From assembly GCF_030698175.1 (NCBI RefSeq), contig NZ_JAUYNT010000011.1, forward strand, positions 4,748-68,747: a stretch of 64,000 bases of DNA, given 5' to 3'. The notes below the pieces were generated by a model that did no database searches, was not told where the DNA came from, and saw only the letters and a program-made list of their open reading frames with translations. Position 1 is the stretch's first letter. Each line of letters begins with the position of its first letter. This DNA comes from Pseudomonas sp. GTDB taxonomy: Bacteria; Pseudomonadota; Gammaproteobacteria; Pseudomonadales; Pseudomonadaceae. The position numbers were made by a program, and so were the translations under genes. Shown in pieces: positions 32,659 through 46,122 of this stretch.

Positions 32659-35427
32659 ATGGCAGTAAAGTCCCCAGTATTCCGCAAAAAATTTCCCCTG
32701 TTAATGACCGGCAGCTTGCTGGTCGTGCAGCCTTTGGTCTTGCAACCGGTGTTGGCTGGCGAGCAATTTGACTGCCAGGCCTCGGCCTCCGGCGGTTGGG
32801 CCTGCGCGCCGAAAGCCAGCCAGGCGGTCTTGCCGCCACGGCCGGTGCATAGCGATACGGCGATTAGCGCCGTGGCGCCGGGCACCGCGGTCAGTGCCGA
32901 AGGTGCCGCGAGCAGCGCGCAGCCGACAGCCAAGCTGGTGACCGAGAGCAATGGCAAAGGCCTGAGTTCACGCAGCGCCGACTATAGCCATCTCGACTGG
33001 GTACCGCGCGACAAGCTCACCGCCGCCCAGCTGGCTGAAGCCGGCCCGTACTGCGCCGGCGCTTACATTGAGCCGTTGCGTCCGGGCATCAACGACGAAA
33101 CGCCACTCAACGACGCACCTATGTTCGTCTCGGCCAAAGCCTCGCGCTATGAGCAAGAGCAACAGGTCGCCACTTTGGCTGGCAACGTGGTGCTACGCCA
33201 AGCCGGCCTGCAAATCGAAGCCGACGAAGCCAGTTTGCATCAGGCAGAAAACCGCGGTGAATTGGTCGGCAATGTTCGTTTGCGCGACAAAGGTGCCCTG
33301 GTGGTCGGCGACCGCGCCGAACTGCAACTGGACAACGGCGAAGCGAAAATCGATAACGCCGAATACGTCCTGCATAAAGGCCACATCCGCGGCAGTGCCT
33401 TGCATGCCAAGCGTCAAGAAGACGCGGTGATCCGCCTGAAAGACGGCACCTATACCCGCTGCGAACCGGGCAGCAATGCTTGGCAGCTGAAGGGCAATAA
33501 CGTCAAGCTCGACCCCAATACCGGTTTCGGCAGCGCCACTAACGCTACCTTGCGGATCAAAGACATACCGGTGTTCTACACCCCGTATATCTACTTCCCC
33601 ATCGACGATCGCCGCCAGTCAGGCTTCCTCGCGCCGAGCATCAGCTCGTCCAGCGATAACGGCATGACCCTGCTAACGCCGTACTACTTCAACTTGGCGC
33701 CCAACTACGACGCCACGCTCTATCCGACCTATATGGCCGATCGCGGCTTGCTGATGGAAGGCGAAGGTCGCTACCTGACCAAGAGCAGCGAAGGTCAGAT
33801 CGGCGCCGCCTACCTCAACGATGAAAACGACGACCGCAAACTGCAGTCCGAGTACAAAGAACAACGCTGGCTGTACAGCTGGCAACACAAGGGCGGGCTG
33901 GATTCGCGCCTGCTGGCTGAGGTCGATTACACCGACATCAGCGACCCGTACTACTTCCAGGACCTCAGCACCGGCTTGGGGATTAACACCCCAAGCTTCG
34001 TCAACCAACAGGGTGCACTGACCTGGCGCGGCGACGACTTCACCGCACGCCTGAACGCCCAGACTTACGCCCTGGCGACCATTACCGACATCACCCCCTA
34101 CAGCCGTCTGCCGCAGATCAGCCTGGATGGCATCGTACCGGTCGAGGCTGGCGGCCTGCAGCTGACCTATGCCACTGAGCTCGCGCGCTTTGATCGCGAC
34201 CTGCGCAAAGGCAACTACACCGACGAGAATGGCGTTTCAACCACGCCTTGGCCGGACCAAAACATCAGTGGCATTGCCCGCGCCAATGGCGACCGGACTT
34301 ATCTACAACCGGGCGTCAGCCTGCCAATGGATTGGACCCAAGGCTTTATCAAGCCGTCCGTCAAGTACAGCTACACCGATTACGACCTGAGTCTGGACAG
34401 CATTGGCAAGAGCCAGGTGGCCTCATTCAATGACGCACCGGATCGCGCTGTACCTATTTACAGCGTCGACAGCGGCCTGTATTTCGACCGCGACACCCAG
34501 CTGTTCGGCAAAGACTATCGCCAGACCCTGGAGCCACGGCTGTACTACCTTTATGTACCAGAGAAAGACCAGACCGACATCCCGATCTTCGACAGTGGCG
34601 AGAGTCGCTTCAATTACTCCTCGCTGTTTCGCGACAACCGCTTCAGCGGCCGTGATCGCATCGGCGACGAAAATAAACTGTCCCTAGGCGTAACCAACCG
34701 CTGGATAGAGCCGAACGGCTTCGAGCGGCAAACCTTTAGCGCCGGCAAAGCCGCTTACTTTGCCGACCGCAAAGTGCAGATGCCAGGCATCGACTACCAG
34801 ACCCGTGAAGACGCGCAGTCATCGACCTCACCCTATGCACTGGAATACCTCTATCGCTTTAACCGCGACTGGCGCCTGTCGTCTGACCTCAACTACGACG
34901 ACAACACCCACAGCACCCGCTCCGGCAGCGCCATGTTCCACTACCAGCCAGAAAACAACCCCAACAAGGTGGTTAACCTCGGCTACCGCTACAGCAATGA
35001 CACCGTGGTCTACAACTCCGACACTGGCCAATGGCAGCAGGGCGGCAACTACACCGACCCGGTGACCGGCGAGGTAATCAAGGATTACTACAAGATCAGT
35101 CAACATGATTTTTCCACCATCTGGCCGCTGGTGCCGCAGTGGAATGCCATTGCCCGCTGGCAGTTCGACTACAACCAGAACCGCACCCTCGAAGCCTTCG
35201 GTGGCTTTGAATACGACAGTTGCTGCTGGAAGTTGCGCCTGATCAACCGTTACTGGGTCGCCAATGACGAGGTCAGCCTCTCGCCAAGCCAGAACGAACA
35301 AGCCGATCACGGGATCTTCCTGCAAATAATCCTCAAAGGTCTTGGCGGCGTTGTCGGCAACAAGACAGAGTCTTTCCTCGACCAAGGCATTCAAGGTTAT
35401 CGTGAACGTGAAGATCAAGCTTTCTGA
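32659..35427 (+). CDS. lptD: LPS assembly protein LptD
   Basis: [23 protein letters not shown] and YDSCCWK motifs. Confidence 0.96.
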   Translation: MAVKSPVFRKKFPLLMTGSLLVVQPLVLQPVLAGEQFDCQASASGGWACAPKASQAVLPPRPVHSDTAISAVAPGTAVSAEGAASSAQPTAKLVTESNGKGLSSRSADYSHLDWVPRDKLTAAQLAEAGPYCAGAYIEPLRPGINDETPLNDAPMFVSAKASRYEQEQQVATLAGNVVLRQAGLQIEADEASLHQAENRGELVGNVRLRDKGALVVGDRAELQLDNGEAKIDNAEYVLHKGHIRGSALHAKRQEDAVIRLKDGTYTRCEPGSNAWQLKGNNVKLDPNTGFGSATNATLRIKDIPVFYTPYIYFPIDDRRQSGFLAPSISSSSDNGMTLLTPYYFNLAPNYDATLYPTYMADRGLLMEGEGRYLTKSSEGQIGAAYLNDENDDRKLQSEYKEQRWLYSWQHKGGLDSRLLAEVDYTDISDPYYFQDLSTGLGINTPSFVNQQGALTWRGDDFTARLNAQTYALATITDITPYSRLPQISLDGIVPVEAGGLQLTYATELARFDRDLRKGNYTDENGVSTTPWPDQNISGIARANGDRTYLQPGVSLPMDWTQGFIKPSVKYSYTDYDLSLDSIGKSQVASFNDAPDRAVPIYSVDSGLYFDRDTQLFGKDYRQTLEPRLYYLYVPEKDQTDIPIFDSGESRFNYSSLFRDNRFSGRDRIGDENKLSLGVTNRWIEPNGFERQTFSAGKAAYFADRKVQMPGIDYQTREDAQSSTSPYALEYLYRFNRDWRLSSDLNYDDNTHSTRSGSAMFHYQPENNPNKVVNLGYRYSNDTVVYNSDTGQWQQGGNYTDPVTGEVIKDYYKISQHDFSTIWPLVPQWNAIARWQFDYNQNRTLEAFGGFEYDSCCWKLRLINRYWVANDEVSLSPSQNEQADHGIFLQIILKGLGGVVGNKTESFLDQGIQGYREREDQAF

Positions 35428-36700
35428 TTGTCTGCGCCCACTACTGCTGGGCGCAGTGTTTCTCGGCACTACGGCGCAGGCCGAAGTACAGCAAATCAAC
35501 CGCGTAGTGGCGATCGTCGATACTGACGTGGTGATGCAAAGCCAGCTCGATCAGCGCGTGCGCGAGGTTCAGCAAACTATCGCTAAACGTGGCGACACCC
35601 TGCCGCCTGAGCATGTGCTCGATCAACAGGTGCTGGAGCGCCTGATCATCGAGAACATCCAGCTGCAAATGGGTGATCGCTCGGGCATCCGCATCACCGA
35701 CGAAGAACTCAACCAAGCCGTCGGCACCATTGCCCAGCGCAACAATATGACCCTCGAGCAGTTCCGTACCGCCCTTGAGCGCGACGGCCTGTCCTATGAG
35801 GACGCGCGCGAACAGATCCGCCGCGAGATGGTCATCAGCCGGGTGCGCCAACGCCGCGTGGCCGAACGCATCCAGGTCAGCGATCAGGAAATCGCCAACT
35901 TTCTCACCTCTGAAAACGGCAAGTTGCAGCTGTCGGTCGAGTATCACCTGGCCAATATTCAGGTGCGCGTAACCGATGGCGCCTCGTCCAGCGAGATTCA
36001 GGCCGCCGAGCGTCGCGCCAAAGAGCTTTACCAACAACTGCAACAAGGCGCCGATTTTGCCCAGCTGGCGATTGCCAGCTCGGCCAGTGACACCGCCCTC
36101 GAAGGTGGCGACATGGGCTGGCGTAAAGCCGCACAATTGCCTGCCCCCTTCGACGCCATGATTGGCGCCATGACAGCCGGCGAAGTCAGCCAGCCGATCC
36201 GCACCCCCGGCGGTTTTGTACTGGTTAAGTTGCTAGCAAAACGCGGCGGCGACAATCAGGTGCGCGACGAAGTCCATGTGCGGCACATCCTGATCAAACC
36301 CAGCGAAATTCGCAGCGAAGAAGAAACCAAGCGCCTGGCCGAACGCATTTATGATCGCGTAATTGCCAGTGAAGACTTCAGCGAATTGGCGAAAGACTTC
36401 TCCGAAGATCCAGGCACCGCACTGAATGGCGGCGACCTCAACTGGATCGATCCGAGCGCCTTGGTGCCGGAGTTCCGCGCGGTGATGGCCAAGACCGAAA
36501 GCGGCGAGACTTCCAAACCGTTCAAAACCAGCTACGGCTGGCACGTACTGCAGGTGATCGGCCGCCGTGCCACTGACGGCAGTGAGGAGTTTCGCAAACA
36601 GCAGGCCCTCAACGTACTGCGCAACCGCAAGTACGAAGAGGAGCTGCAAAGCTGGTTACGGCAAATCCGTGACGAGGCTTACGTAGAAACCAAGCTGTGA
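35408..36700 (+). CDS. surA: Periplasmic chaperone/PPIase SurA
   Basis: Two parvulin domains (GGDMGW; [14 protein letters not shown]); GTG start. Confidence 0.95.
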   Translation: MKIKLSDCLRPLLLGAVFLGTTAQAEVQQINRVVAIVDTDVVMQSQLDQRVREVQQTIAKRGDTLPPEHVLDQQVLERLIIENIQLQMGDRSGIRITDEELNQAVGTIAQRNNMTLEQFRTALERDGLSYEDAREQIRREMVISRVRQRRVAERIQVSDQEIANFLTSENGKLQLSVEYHLANIQVRVTDGASSSEIQAAERRAKELYQQLQQGADFAQLAIASSASDTALEGGDMGWRKAAQLPAPFDAMIGAMTAGEVSQPIRTPGGFVLVKLLAKRGGDNQVRDEVHVRHILIKPSEIRSEEETKRLAERIYDRVIASEDFSELAKDFSEDPGTALNGGDLNWIDPSALVPEFRAVMAKTESGETSKPFKTSYGWHVLQVIGRRATDGSEEFRKQQALNVLRNRKYEEELQSWLRQIRDEAYVETKL

Positions 36701-37692
36701 AGCCAGTGCTTTTCGCCCTGACTCCAGGCGAGCCCGCCGGTATAGGTCCAGACCTGTGCCTGCTGCTCGCCGCACAGCCACAACCGCAACCGCAACCCCT
36801 GATTGCCATTGCCAGCCTCGAACTACTGGCAGCCCGCGCCAGCCAGCTCAAGCTTAGCGTGCAGTTATTACCGGTCAGCCCGGACGCTTGGCCCACCCTG
36901 CCAGCGCCCGCCGGCAGCCTGTATGTCTGGGATACGCCGTTGCAGGCACCGGTAACCGCCGGCCAACTCGATCCAGCCAACGCTGCCTACGTGCTCGAAA
37001 CCCTGGAGCGCGCCGCCCACGGCTGCGTCAACGGCGACTTTGCCGCCATGATCACCGCTCCGGTACACAAGGGCGTGATCAATCAAGCCGGTATTGCCTT
37101 CTCTGGACACACCGAGTTTCTGGCCGACCTGACCCACACCGAGCAAGTGGTAATGATGCTCGCCACCCACGGCCTGCGTGTGGCCTTGGTGACTACACAC
37201 CTGCCGCTGCGTGCAGTGGCGGATGCCATCACGGATGAGCGCCTGGCGCGGGTTAGCCGGATTCTGCATGCAGATCTGATCAACAAATTCGGCATAGCCC
37301 AGCCACGCATTTTGGTTTGCGGCCTTAATCCCCACGCCGGTGAAGGCGGTCATATGGGCCGCGAAGAACTGGATATCATCGAGCCCTGCCTGGCCCGCCT
37401 GCGCAGCGAAGGCCTCAATCTGATCGGCCCGCTGCCGGCCGACACCCTGTTCACCCCCAAATACCTCGAACACTGCGATGCGGTGCTGGCGATGTACCAC
37501 GACCAAGGTCTGCCAGTCCTTAAATACAAGGGTTTCGGCGCGGCGGTGAACATCACCCTGGGTCTGCCAATCATCCGCACCTCGGTCGACCACGGCACAG
37601 CGCTGGACTTGGCCGGCTCCGGCAAGATCGACACCGGCAGCCTGCGCGTCGCCCTCGAAACGGCCTATCAGATGGCCAGCAGCCGCGCGTAA
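36697..37692 (+). CDS. pdxA: 4-hydroxythreonine-4-phosphate dehydrogenase
   Basis: [23 protein letters not shown] and RTSVDHGTA motifs. Confidence 0.96.
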   Translation: MKPVLFALTPGEPAGIGPDLCLLLAAQPQPQPQPLIAIASLELLAARASQLKLSVQLLPVSPDAWPTLPAPAGSLYVWDTPLQAPVTAGQLDPANAAYVLETLERAAHGCVNGDFAAMITAPVHKGVINQAGIAFSGHTEFLADLTHTEQVVMMLATHGLRVALVTTHLPLRAVADAITDERLARVSRILHADLINKFGIAQPRILVCGLNPHAGEGGHMGREELDIIEPCLARLRSEGLNLIGPLPADTLFTPKYLEHCDAVLAMYHDQGLPVLKYKGFGAAVNITLGLPIIRTSVDHGTALDLAGSGKIDTGSLRVALETAYQMASSRA

Positions 37693-37809
37693 CGCGCACA
37701 AGCGACAGCAATTGCGCGGACAAATTTAGCCGCGCCGGCTTTCGCTGTTAAACTCCCCGGTCTTTGCATTGCGCTTTAAGCTGGTCGCTTGAAGCTTGGA
37801 GCTGTTGTC

Positions 37810-38628
37810 ATGTCCGAGAACAACCAACACCGGGCGCGCAAGCGTTTCGGCCAGAATTTCCTGCATGACGCCGGCGTGATTCATCGCATCATGCGCGCCA
37901 TCCACGCCCTGCCCGGCGAGCGTTTGCTGGAGATCGGTCCAGGCCAAGGCGCGCTCACCGGCGACTTGCTCAGCAGCGGCGCGCAACTGGATGTGATCGA
38001 GATCGACCGCGATCTGGTGGCAATGTTGAACCATCAGTTTGCCAGCAACCCGGCGTTTCACATGAATCAGGGTGATGCGCTGAAGTTCGACTTCAACAGC
38101 CTCAACCCAGCGCCACGCAGTCTGCGGGTGGTCGGCAACCTGCCGTACAACATCTCCACCCCGCTGATTTTTCACCTGCTGGCCAACGCCGGTGTAATCC
38201 GCGACATGCACTTTATGCTGCAAAAAGAAGTGGTCGAACGCCTGGCTGCCACCCCAGGTGGCGGCGATTGGGGGCGCCTATCGATCATGGTGCAGTACCA
38301 CTGCCGGGTGGAGCACTTGTTCAATGTCGGCCCAGGCTCGTTTAACCCGCCGCCGAAAGTCGATTCGGCCATAGTGCGGTTAACCCCGCATGACGTACTG
38401 CCCTGCCCGGCCAAGGATCATCGCCTGCTTGAGCGCGTGGTGCGCGAGGCCTTTAACCAACGCCGAAAAACCCTGCGCAATACCCTCAAAGCCCTGCTCA
38501 GCAGCACCGAGATTGAAGCCTGCGGCGTCGACGGCAGCCTGCGCCCGGAGCAGCTCGACCTGGCCGCCTTCGTGCGCCTGGCCGACCAGCTGAGCCAACA
38601 AGCCAGTCAGCAGACAAGCGCCAGCTAA
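37810..38628 (+). CDS. rsmA: 16S rRNA dimethyladenosine transferase
   Basis: RKRFGQNFL, EIGPGQG and GNLPYNIS motifs. Confidence 0.96.
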   Translation: MSENNQHRARKRFGQNFLHDAGVIHRIMRAIHALPGERLLEIGPGQGALTGDLLSSGAQLDVIEIDRDLVAMLNHQFASNPAFHMNQGDALKFDFNSLNPAPRSLRVVGNLPYNISTPLIFHLLANAGVIRDMHFMLQKEVVERLAATPGGGDWGRLSIMVQYHCRVEHLFNVGPGSFNPPPKVDSAIVRLTPHDVLPCPAKDHRLLERVVREAFNQRRKTLRNTLKALLSSTEIEACGVDGSLRPEQLDLAAFVRLADQLSQQASQQTSAS

Positions 38629-38756
38629 GCCCCTAGACTGAAACACTGGCCACCGCCAAATCGCAGCAAACCAGTCAGCTTAAGTGCTGGCTGAGTTGCG
38701 CCGGTAATGGCGCGGCGCGCTGTCGGTTACGGCCAACCCCAGAAGAGCGATTGCCC

Positions 38757-39137
38757 ATGTCCGACCCTCGTTATCAAGTAGATGTCAGTGTCACTACCCA
38801 GTTTCTGGCCGAGCAATCGTTACCAGAGCAAAACCGCTTTGCCTTTTCCTACACAGTCACCATCCGCAATAACGGCCAATTGCCGGCCAAGTTAGTCAGT
38901 CGGCACTGGGTGATTACCGATGGTGATGGACGCGTGCAAGAGGTGCGCGGGCCGGGGGTAATAGGTCAACAGCCACTGATCGCCGCTGGCCAACAGCACA
39001 CTTACAGCAGCGGCACCGTGCTGACCACCCGAGTCGGTAATATGCAGGGCAGCTTTCAAATGCTGGCCGATGACGGCAAACGCTTCGACGCCATGATCGC
39101 GCCCTTTCGCCTGGCCATGCCGGGCGCGTTGCACTAA
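38757..39137 (+). CDS. apaG: ApaG protein
   Basis: RHWVITDG and VRGPGVIG motifs; between rsmA and apaH. Confidence 0.93.
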   Translation: MSDPRYQVDVSVTTQFLAEQSLPEQNRFAFSYTVTIRNNGQLPAKLVSRHWVITDGDGRVQEVRGPGVIGQQPLIAAGQQHTYSSGTVLTTRVGNMQGSFQMLADDGKRFDAMIAPFRLAMPGALH

Positions 39138-40015
39138 TGACTGCTTATGCCGTCGGCGACCTGCAAGGTTGCCTGCAGCCGCTGCAATGCCTGCTGCAAG
39201 AAGTCGCGTTTGACCCCGCTAAAGATCAGCTGTGGCTGGTCGGTGATCTGGTCAACCGTGGCCCACAGTCACTGGAAACCCTGCGTTTTCTGTATGCCAT
39301 GCGCGACTCGCTGGTCTGTGTCTTGGGCAATCACGACCTGCATCTGCTGGCCGTGGCGCAGAACATCGAGCGGCTGAAAAAAGCCGACACCCTGCAAGAA
39401 ATCCTCGACGCTCCTGATCGCGACGATTTGCTCGATTGGCTACGCCGGCAAAAGTTGCTGCACTACGACGCCGAGCGCGACTGCGTACTGGTGCATGCCG
39501 GCATCCCGCCGCAATGGACATTGGCCAAAGCCCTCAAGCGCGCCGCCGAAGTCGAGGCCGCCCTGCAAGATGATCTGCGCCTGCCACTGTTTCTCGACGG
39601 TATGTATGGCAATCAGCCGACCCTCTGGGATAAAGACCTGCAGGGGGTTACGCGCCTGCGGGTGATCACCAACTATTTCACCCGCATGCGCTTTTGCACC
39701 GCCGAGGGCGACCTTGACCTGAAAAGCAAAGAAGGGCTCGGCAGCGCCCCGCCGGGTTTTGCCCCCTGGTTTAGCTATGGCGCGCGCAAAACCCGGCAGC
39801 ATAAAATCGTCTTTGGTCATTGGGCTGCGCTCGAAGGCCAGTGCAGCGAGCCAAACTTATTTGCCCTCGACACCGGCTGCGTCTGGGGCGGCAGCATGAC
39901 CCTGCTCAACCTCGACAGCGGCGCGAAGCATCAGTGCCAGTGCGCCGCCGCACTGCCAATCGAGGCCGCATTTACACCCATTGCAGCGCCCGCAGACAAC
40001 GCCCGCCCAGATTAA
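39137..40015 (+). CDS. apaH: Symmetrical diadenosine tetraphosphatase
   Basis: GDLQGC, GDLVNRG, GNHD and DTGCVWGG motifs. Confidence 0.95.
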   Translation: MTAYAVGDLQGCLQPLQCLLQEVAFDPAKDQLWLVGDLVNRGPQSLETLRFLYAMRDSLVCVLGNHDLHLLAVAQNIERLKKADTLQEILDAPDRDDLLDWLRRQKLLHYDAERDCVLVHAGIPPQWTLAKALKRAAEVEAALQDDLRLPLFLDGMYGNQPTLWDKDLQGVTRLRVITNYFTRMRFCTAEGDLDLKSKEGLGSAPPGFAPWFSYGARKTRQHKIVFGHWAALEGQCSEPNLFALDTGCVWGGSMTLLNLDSGAKHQCQCAAALPIEAAFTPIAAPADNARPD

Positions 40016-40026
40016 GAGGACCCGCC

Positions 40027-40356
40027 ATGAGCGAATTCAAACGTATTGCCGCCGCCCAAGCGCAAACCTTGCGCGAACAGGGCGCGGCCGTGGTCGACAT
40101 CCGTGACCCCGACAGTTTTGCCCGCGTGCACATCAGCGGCTCGCAGCACCTGGACAACCACTCACTGCACGATTTTATCCGCGCCGCCGATCTCGATCAG
40201 CCCTTGCTGGTGGTCTGTTACCACGGCAACTCCAGCCAGAGCGCCGCCGCTTACCTGGTCAGCCAGGGATTTGCCGAGGTGTACAGCCTCGATGGCGGCA
40301 TCGAAGCCTGGCAAGCCAGCTTCCCGGCTGAAGTCAGTCAAAACCTGCCGACATAA
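40027..40356 (+). CDS. glpE: Thiosulfate sulfurtransferase
   Basis: Rhodanese loop [12 protein letters not shown]. Confidence 0.93.
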   Translation: MSEFKRIAAAQAQTLREQGAAVVDIRDPDSFARVHISGSQHLDNHSLHDFIRAADLDQPLLVVCYHGNSSQSAAAYLVSQGFAEVYSLDGGIEAWQASFPAEVSQNLPT

Positions 40357-40622
40357 AAAAACTTATTCGCCTTAACCCGCGCCAGCCCTAGGCTGGCGCG
40401 GCCGCTTGTGGCTTGCCGAGCCCAGCGCAGCCATCCGCGACCTTGACCTTGCCGATTCCGAACTATCCTTAAGCACAAGCCGTGCGCAACTTGCTTGCAG
40501 CGCCATTCGCTGCGCGGCCATTGCTAAGAATCTTTTGGTGTCTCGGGGGATTTTCGTCAGGTGCGTGCCTGTCACTGCACGACTGATCCCATGCCGACTC
40601 CGAGCAACAGCGAGGTGACGTC

Positions 40623-42545
40623 ATGACAATTTTCAGCCACTTTCAACAACGCTTCGAAGCGACCCGCCAAGAAGAGTATTCGCTGCAAGAGTATCTCGAG
40701 CTGTGCAAGCAGGATCGCAGCACCTATGCCACCGCCGCCGAGCGCTTATTGCTGGCAATTGGCGAGCCGCAACTGGTGGACACCTCGCACAACTCGCGAC
40801 TGTCGCGGATCTTCTCCAACCGAGTGATTCGCCGCTACCCAGCCTTTGTTGATTTCCATGGCATGGAGGAGTGCATCGACCAGATCGTCTCCTACTTTCG
40901 CCATGCGGCCCAAGGTCTAGAAGAAAAGAAACAAATTCTCTACCTCCTCGGCCCGGTCGGCGGCGGCAAGTCATCGCTGGCAGAAAAACTCAAACAACTG
41001 ATGGAGAAGGTGCCCTTCTACGCCATCAAGGGCTCGCCAGTATTCGAGTCGCCGTTAGGGCTGTTCAACCCCACCGAAGACGGCGCCATTTTAGAAGAAG
41101 ACTTCGGCATCCCGCGGCGCTACCTGAGCACGGTGATCTCACCTTGGGCCACCAAGCGTCTGAGCGAATTCGGCGGCGACATCAGTCAGTTCCGGGTGGT
41201 CAAACTCTACCCCTCGATCCTCAATCAAATCGCCATCGCCAAGACCGAGCCAGGCGATGAGAACAATCAAGACATCTCGGCGCTGGTCGGCAAGGTCGAT
41301 ATTCGCAAGCTCGAAGAGTTTCCGCAAAACGACGCCGATGCCTACAGTTACTCTGGCGCTCTGTGCCGGGCCAACCAAGGATTGATGGAATTTGTTGAGA
41401 TGTTCAAGGCACCGATCAAGGTGCTGCATCCGCTACTGACCGCCACCCAGGAAGGCAACTACAACAGCACCGAGGGCTTGGGCGGCTTGCCCTTTAGCGG
41501 CATCCTGCTGGCCCACTCCAACGAGTCGGAGTGGCACACCTTTCGTAACAACAAGAACAACGAAGCCTTTATCGACCGTATCTACATCGTCAAGGTGCCC
41601 TACTGCCTGCGCGTCAGCGACGAGATCAAAATCTACGACAAACTGCTGGTTAACAGCTCCCTGGCCAAGGCCCACTGCGCGCCCGACACCTTAAAAATGC
41701 TCGCCCAGTTCACCGTCTTGTCACGGCTGAAAGAGCCAGAAAACTCCAACGTATTCTCGAAAATGCGCGTCTACGACGGCGAAAACCTGAAAGACACCGA
41801 CCCCAAAGCCAAGTCGATGCAGGAGTACCGCGATAGCGCCGGCGTCGATGAAGGCATGAACGGCCTGTCGACTCGCTTCGCCTTCAAGATTTTGTCGAAA
41901 GTGTTCAACTTCGACCCCCAAGAGATCGCCGCCAACCCGGTGCACCTGCTCTACGTGCTGGAGCAGCAGATCGAGCAAGAACAGTTCCCCGCCGAAACCC
42001 GCGAACGTTACCTGCGCTACCTGAAGGAATATCTGGCGCCGCGCTATATCGAGTTTATTGGCAAGGAAATCCAGACTGCGTACCTCGAGTCCTACAGCGA
42101 GTACGGCCAGAACATCTTTGATCGCTACGTGCTGTACGCCGACTTCTGGATTCAGGACCAGGAATACCGAGACCCGGAAACCGGCGAAATCCTCAACCGG
42201 GTAGCCCTTAACGAGGAGCTGGAAAAGATCGAGAAACCGGCCGGCATCAGCAACCCAAAAGATTTCCGCAACGAGATCGTCAACTTCGTGCTGCGCGCCC
42301 GTTCCAACAACAACGGCAAGAATCCAACCTGGCTGAGCTACGAAAAACTGCGGGTGGTGATCGAGAAGAAAATGTTCTCCAACACCGAAGACCTGCTACC
42401 GGTCATCAGCTTCAACGCCAAAGCCAGCAAAGAGGACCAACAGAAACACAACGACTTTGTCACCCGCATGGTCGAGCGTGGTTATACCGACAAGCAGGTG
42501 CGGCTGCTGTCTGAGTGGTATTTGCGGGTCAGAAAATCGCAGTAA
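40623..42545 (+). CDS. prkA: PrkA/YeaG AAA+ serine kinase
   Basis: LLGPVGGGKSS and ANQGLMEFVEMFK motifs. Confidence 0.95.
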   Translation: MTIFSHFQQRFEATRQEEYSLQEYLELCKQDRSTYATAAERLLLAIGEPQLVDTSHNSRLSRIFSNRVIRRYPAFVDFHGMEECIDQIVSYFRHAAQGLEEKKQILYLLGPVGGGKSSLAEKLKQLMEKVPFYAIKGSPVFESPLGLFNPTEDGAILEEDFGIPRRYLSTVISPWATKRLSEFGGDISQFRVVKLYPSILNQIAIAKTEPGDENNQDISALVGKVDIRKLEEFPQNDADAYSYSGALCRANQGLMEFVEMFKAPIKVLHPLLTATQEGNYNSTEGLGGLPFSGILLAHSNESEWHTFRNNKNNEAFIDRIYIVKVPYCLRVSDEIKIYDKLLVNSSLAKAHCAPDTLKMLAQFTVLSRLKEPENSNVFSKMRVYDGENLKDTDPKAKSMQEYRDSAGVDEGMNGLSTRFAFKILSKVFNFDPQEIAANPVHLLYVLEQQIEQEQFPAETRERYLRYLKEYLAPRYIEFIGKEIQTAYLESYSEYGQNIFDRYVLYADFWIQDQEYRDPETGEILNRVALNEELEKIEKPAGISNPKDFRNEIVNFVLRARSNNNGKNPTWLSYEKLRVVIEKKMFSNTEDLLPVISFNAKASKEDQQKHNDFVTRMVERGYTDKQVRLLSEWYLRVRKSQ

Positions 42546-42661
42546 GCCGCGCCCCGTGCGCAGCTTACTGCGCGTGTCGCATGGCCTTGGCCGCAGCCTG
42601 TAGCCATGCCCACTGACTCGAGGCCGTTGCGCAGCTGTTGCAGCGGTTCTAAGGAGCGCCC

Positions 42662-43933
42662 ATGAGCCAAGTGATCGACCGCCGTTTAAACGGCAAGAAC
42701 AAGAGCACGGTGAACCGCCAGCGATTTTTGCGGCGCTACCGTGAGCACATCAAAAAAGCCGTGGAAGACGCCGTCAGTCGCCGCTCCATTACCGATATGG
42801 AGCACGGCGAACAAATCAGTATTCCCGGTCGCGACATCGGCGAACCGACCCTGCATCACGGCTCCGGTGGGCGGCAGAGCACCGTACATCCGGGTAACAA
42901 ACAGTTCACCACTGGCGAACATATCCCCCGGCCCAGTGGTGGCGGCGCCGGCAAAGGCGCCGGCAAGGCCAGTAACACCGGCGAAGGCATGGATGAGTTC
43001 GTGTTTCAGATCACTCAAGAGGAATTCCTTAACTTTATGTTTGAGGACCTCGAGCTGCCCAACCTGGTCAAGCGCCACCTGACCGGCAGTGAAACCTTCA
43101 AAGTGGTGCGCGCCGGCATCAGCAACGATGGCAATCCGTCACGCATTAATATCGTCCGCACCCTGCGCTCCGCCCACGCCCGGCGCATCGCCCTGTCGGG
43201 CAGCAGCCGCGCCAAGCTACGCGAGGCCCAAACCGAACTGGAGCGGCTGTTACGGGAAGAGCCAGACAATTTCACTGATATTAAAGCCGCTGAAATCGCC
43301 ATCGCCGCGCTACAGGCGCGAATCAAACGCGTGCCCTTCCTGGACACCTTCGACCTCAAATACAACCTGCTGACCAAGCAGCCCAATCCCAGCTCAAAAG
43401 CGGTGATGTTCTGCCTGATGGACGTGTCCGGCTCCATGACCCAGGCCACCAAGGACATCGCCAAACGCTTCTTCATCCTCCTGTACCTGTTTCTCAAGCG
43501 CAATTACGACAAGATCGAGGTGGTGTTTATCCGCCATCACACCAGCGCCCGCGAGGTCGACGAGGAGGAGTTTTTCTATTCCCGCGAAACTGGCGGCACC
43601 ATTGTGTCCAGCGCCCTCAAGCTGATGCAGGAAATCATGGCCGCGCGCTACGCGGTCAACGAATGGAATATTTACGCCGCCCAGGCCTCGGATGGTGATA
43701 ACTGGAACGACGATTCGCCGCTGTGTCGCGAGATTCTGCTCAAGCAGATCATGCCGTTTATGCAGTACTTCACCTACGTCGAGATCACCCCGCGCGAGCA
43801 TCAAGCCCTGTGGGTTGAATACGAGCAGGTGCGTGAGGCCTTTGCCGACTCCTTTGCGCAACAACAGCTGGGTTCGGCCGGCGATATTTACCCGGTATTT
43901 CGTGAACTGTTTCAACGCAGGCTAAGCACATGA
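42662..43933 (+). CDS. yeaH: YeaH/YhbH family protein
   Basis: [16 protein letters not shown] and SRETGGT motifs. Confidence 0.92.
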   Translation: MSQVIDRRLNGKNKSTVNRQRFLRRYREHIKKAVEDAVSRRSITDMEHGEQISIPGRDIGEPTLHHGSGGRQSTVHPGNKQFTTGEHIPRPSGGGAGKGAGKASNTGEGMDEFVFQITQEEFLNFMFEDLELPNLVKRHLTGSETFKVVRAGISNDGNPSRINIVRTLRSAHARRIALSGSSRAKLREAQTELERLLREEPDNFTDIKAAEIAIAALQARIKRVPFLDTFDLKYNLLTKQPNPSSKAVMFCLMDVSGSMTQATKDIAKRFFILLYLFLKRNYDKIEVVFIRHHTSAREVDEEEFFYSRETGGTIVSSALKLMQEIMAARYAVNEWNIYAAQASDGDNWNDDSPLCREILLKQIMPFMQYFTYVEITPREHQALWVEYEQVREAFADSFAQQQLGSAGDIYPVFRELFQRRLST

Positions 43934-45504
43934 GCACACACCCTCGCGCCCACGGCGACAAAAAACGCCAGCCCCTGTCCACCAGCTCCGAATGGACCTT
44001 TGAGCTGATCCGCAGCTATGACCACGAGATTGCCCGCCTCGCCGCACGCTATGCGCTAGACACCTACCCCAACCAGATCGAGGTGATTACCGCCGAACAA
44101 ATGATGGACGCCTACGCCTCGGTGGGCATGCCGCTGAACTACCAGCACTGGTCCTATGGCAAGCACTTCCTCAGCACCGAGCGCTCGTACAGCCGCGGTC
44201 AAATGGGCCTGGCCTACGAAATAGTGATCAACTCCGACCCCTGCATCGCCTATTTGATGGAGGAAAACACCATGTGCATGCAGGCCCTGGTGATTGCCCA
44301 TGCCTGCTATGGCCACAACAGTTTTTTTAAGGGCAACTACCTGTTTCGCACCTGGACCGACGCCAGTTCGATCATCGACTACCTGCTATTCGCCAAGCAG
44401 TACATCAGCCAATGCGAGGAGCGCCACGGCATCGATGCTGTCGAGGAGCTGCTCGACTCCTGCCACGCGCTGATGAACTACGGCGTTGACCGCTACAAGC
44501 GCCCCAGCCCGATTTCCGCCGAAGAGGAGCGGCGCCGGCAAACCGAGCGCGAAGACCATCTGCAAAAGCAGATCAATGACCTGTGGCGCACCATTCCCAA
44601 AGGCACCGGCAAAGGCGACGACAAAAACAGCGGGCGCTTCCCCAGCGAACCGCAGGAAAACATCCTGTACTTTCTGGAAAAACACGCACCGCTGTTGGAG
44701 CCGTGGCAGCGCGAGGTGGTGCGCATCGTGCGCAAAGTCTCGCAATATTTCTATCCGCAGCGCCAAACCCAAGTGATGAACGAGGGCTGGGCCTGTTTCT
44801 GGCACTACACCCTAATGAACGACCTGTATGACGAGGGGCTGGTCACCGATGGTTTTATGATCGAATTCCTGCAATACCACACCAGCGTGATTTTTCAGCC
44901 AAGCTTTGACAGCCCGCACTACAGCGGCATCAACCCCTACACCCTGGGCTTTGCCATGTACCGCGACATCCGCCGCATCTGCGAGGCACCGACCGAGGAG
45001 GACAAACACTGGTTCCCGGATATCGCCGGCAGTGATTGGCTGGCCACCTTAAAATTCGCCATGCAAAGCTTTAAAGATGAAAGTTTTATCCTGCAGTACC
45101 TGTCGCCCAAGCTGATCCGCGATCTACGGCTGTTCAGCATCCTCGATGACGACCAACAGGACAGCCTGCTGGTGCCTTCGATTCACGACGAACCAGGTTA
45201 TCGCCAGATCCGCGAGACCCTGGCCGCGCAGTACAACCTCGGTGATCGTGAGCCGAACATCCAGATCTGGAGCGTTGACCGCCGTGGCGACCGCTCCATG
45301 ACCCTGCGCCACCAGCAGCACCAGCGCAAACCCTTGGGCGACTCCACCGAGGAGGTGCTCAAACACCTGCACCGGCTCTGGGGTTTTGACCTGCACCTGG
45401 AAAGCCGCCAAGGCGAGCTGCTGGTCAGCACCTTGCATATCCCGGCGCACAGCGACGATGACAGCGAGCAGTCGCGGCTTGAGCTAAGCATGCCGCCCAT
45501 TTGA
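43930..45504 (+). CDS. ycgB: SpoVR family protein
   Basis: [18 protein letters not shown] and TQVMNEGWA motifs. Confidence 0.92.
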   Translation: MSTHPRAHGDKKRQPLSTSSEWTFELIRSYDHEIARLAARYALDTYPNQIEVITAEQMMDAYASVGMPLNYQHWSYGKHFLSTERSYSRGQMGLAYEIVINSDPCIAYLMEENTMCMQALVIAHACYGHNSFFKGNYLFRTWTDASSIIDYLLFAKQYISQCEERHGIDAVEELLDSCHALMNYGVDRYKRPSPISAEEERRRQTEREDHLQKQINDLWRTIPKGTGKGDDKNSGRFPSEPQENILYFLEKHAPLLEPWQREVVRIVRKVSQYFYPQRQTQVMNEGWACFWHYTLMNDLYDEGLVTDGFMIEFLQYHTSVIFQPSFDSPHYSGINPYTLGFAMYRDIRRICEAPTEEDKHWFPDIAGSDWLATLKFAMQSFKDESFILQYLSPKLIRDLRLFSILDDDQQDSLLVPSIHDEPGYRQIRETLAAQYNLGDREPNIQIWSVDRRGDRSMTLRHQQHQRKPLGDSTEEVLKHLHRLWGFDLHLESRQGELLVSTLHIPAHSDDDSEQSRLELSMPPI

Positions 45505-45559
45505 TCGGTAGACCACTGAGCGTGGCGCGACGAGCATAAGCGCAGCCACCGAGAGTTTT

Positions 45560-46075
45560 ATGTGTATGCGCGTGTTTCCCGTATTACTGATTTGCCTGGC
45601 ACTGGCGACCTGCTCAAGCAACATCCTGCGACCTGAAATTACCACCCTGGCCTCAGCCGAGCTGCAAGGCCACCGGCGCGTGCAGTTGCACCCATTGCCG
45701 GCGCCAAGCCCTGATGAATCAGGGGCCGTGCCAAATATCGCCAGGCTCACCCCCATGCTGCGCGAGGGCCTGAGCCTGCGCGGCTACAGCGAGGACGCCA
45801 GTGCCGAGTTACGCGCTTACTACTGGCTCGACCTGCATGTCATCCCGATTGACGTCGAGGTCGACCAAGCCCCACCCGCGCCGCTTGGCCCCTATCAAAG
45901 CGTGCACCGCCTGCGCGATGAAAACGCCACCCTGCACCTGCGCCTGAGCAATGCCCAGAGCCGTGTGCTCTGGGAAGGCCAGATCGACAGCAGCCTAAGC
46001 CCCTCCTGGGACAGCGACCAGCAACTGCAAAAAGCCTGGGACGCGCTACTGCAACAACTGCCCATGGCCCACTAA
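45560..46075 (+). CDS. Putative lipoprotein (DUF4136-like architecture)
   Basis: Hydrophobic N-terminus ending LALATC; same-strand ORF filling the ycgB-cca gap. Confidence 0.55.
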   Translation: MCMRVFPVLLICLALATCSSNILRPEITTLASAELQGHRRVQLHPLPAPSPDESGAVPNIARLTPMLREGLSLRGYSEDASAELRAYYWLDLHVIPIDVEVDQAPPAPLGPYQSVHRLRDENATLHLRLSNAQSRVLWEGQIDSSLSPSWDSDQQLQKAWDALLQQLPMAH

Positions 46076-46122
46076 CTAGGCCACAGGCGTTATGCTGTGG
46101 CCTAGTTAGTGGAGGGTTTTGC

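Noticed and set aside
36772-36800. CAACCG microsatellite giving QPQPQP in PdxA
   Set aside because: Short, in-frame, in a variable loop; no phase-variation potential
37770-37803. AAGCT-rich heptamer-like tract before rsmA
   Set aside because: Only about three degenerate units; cannot be distinguished from chance here
40443-40469. RpoS-type promoter (CTATCCT) upstream of prkA
   Set aside because: Plausible, but the -35 spacing is off and a short match alone is not enough support
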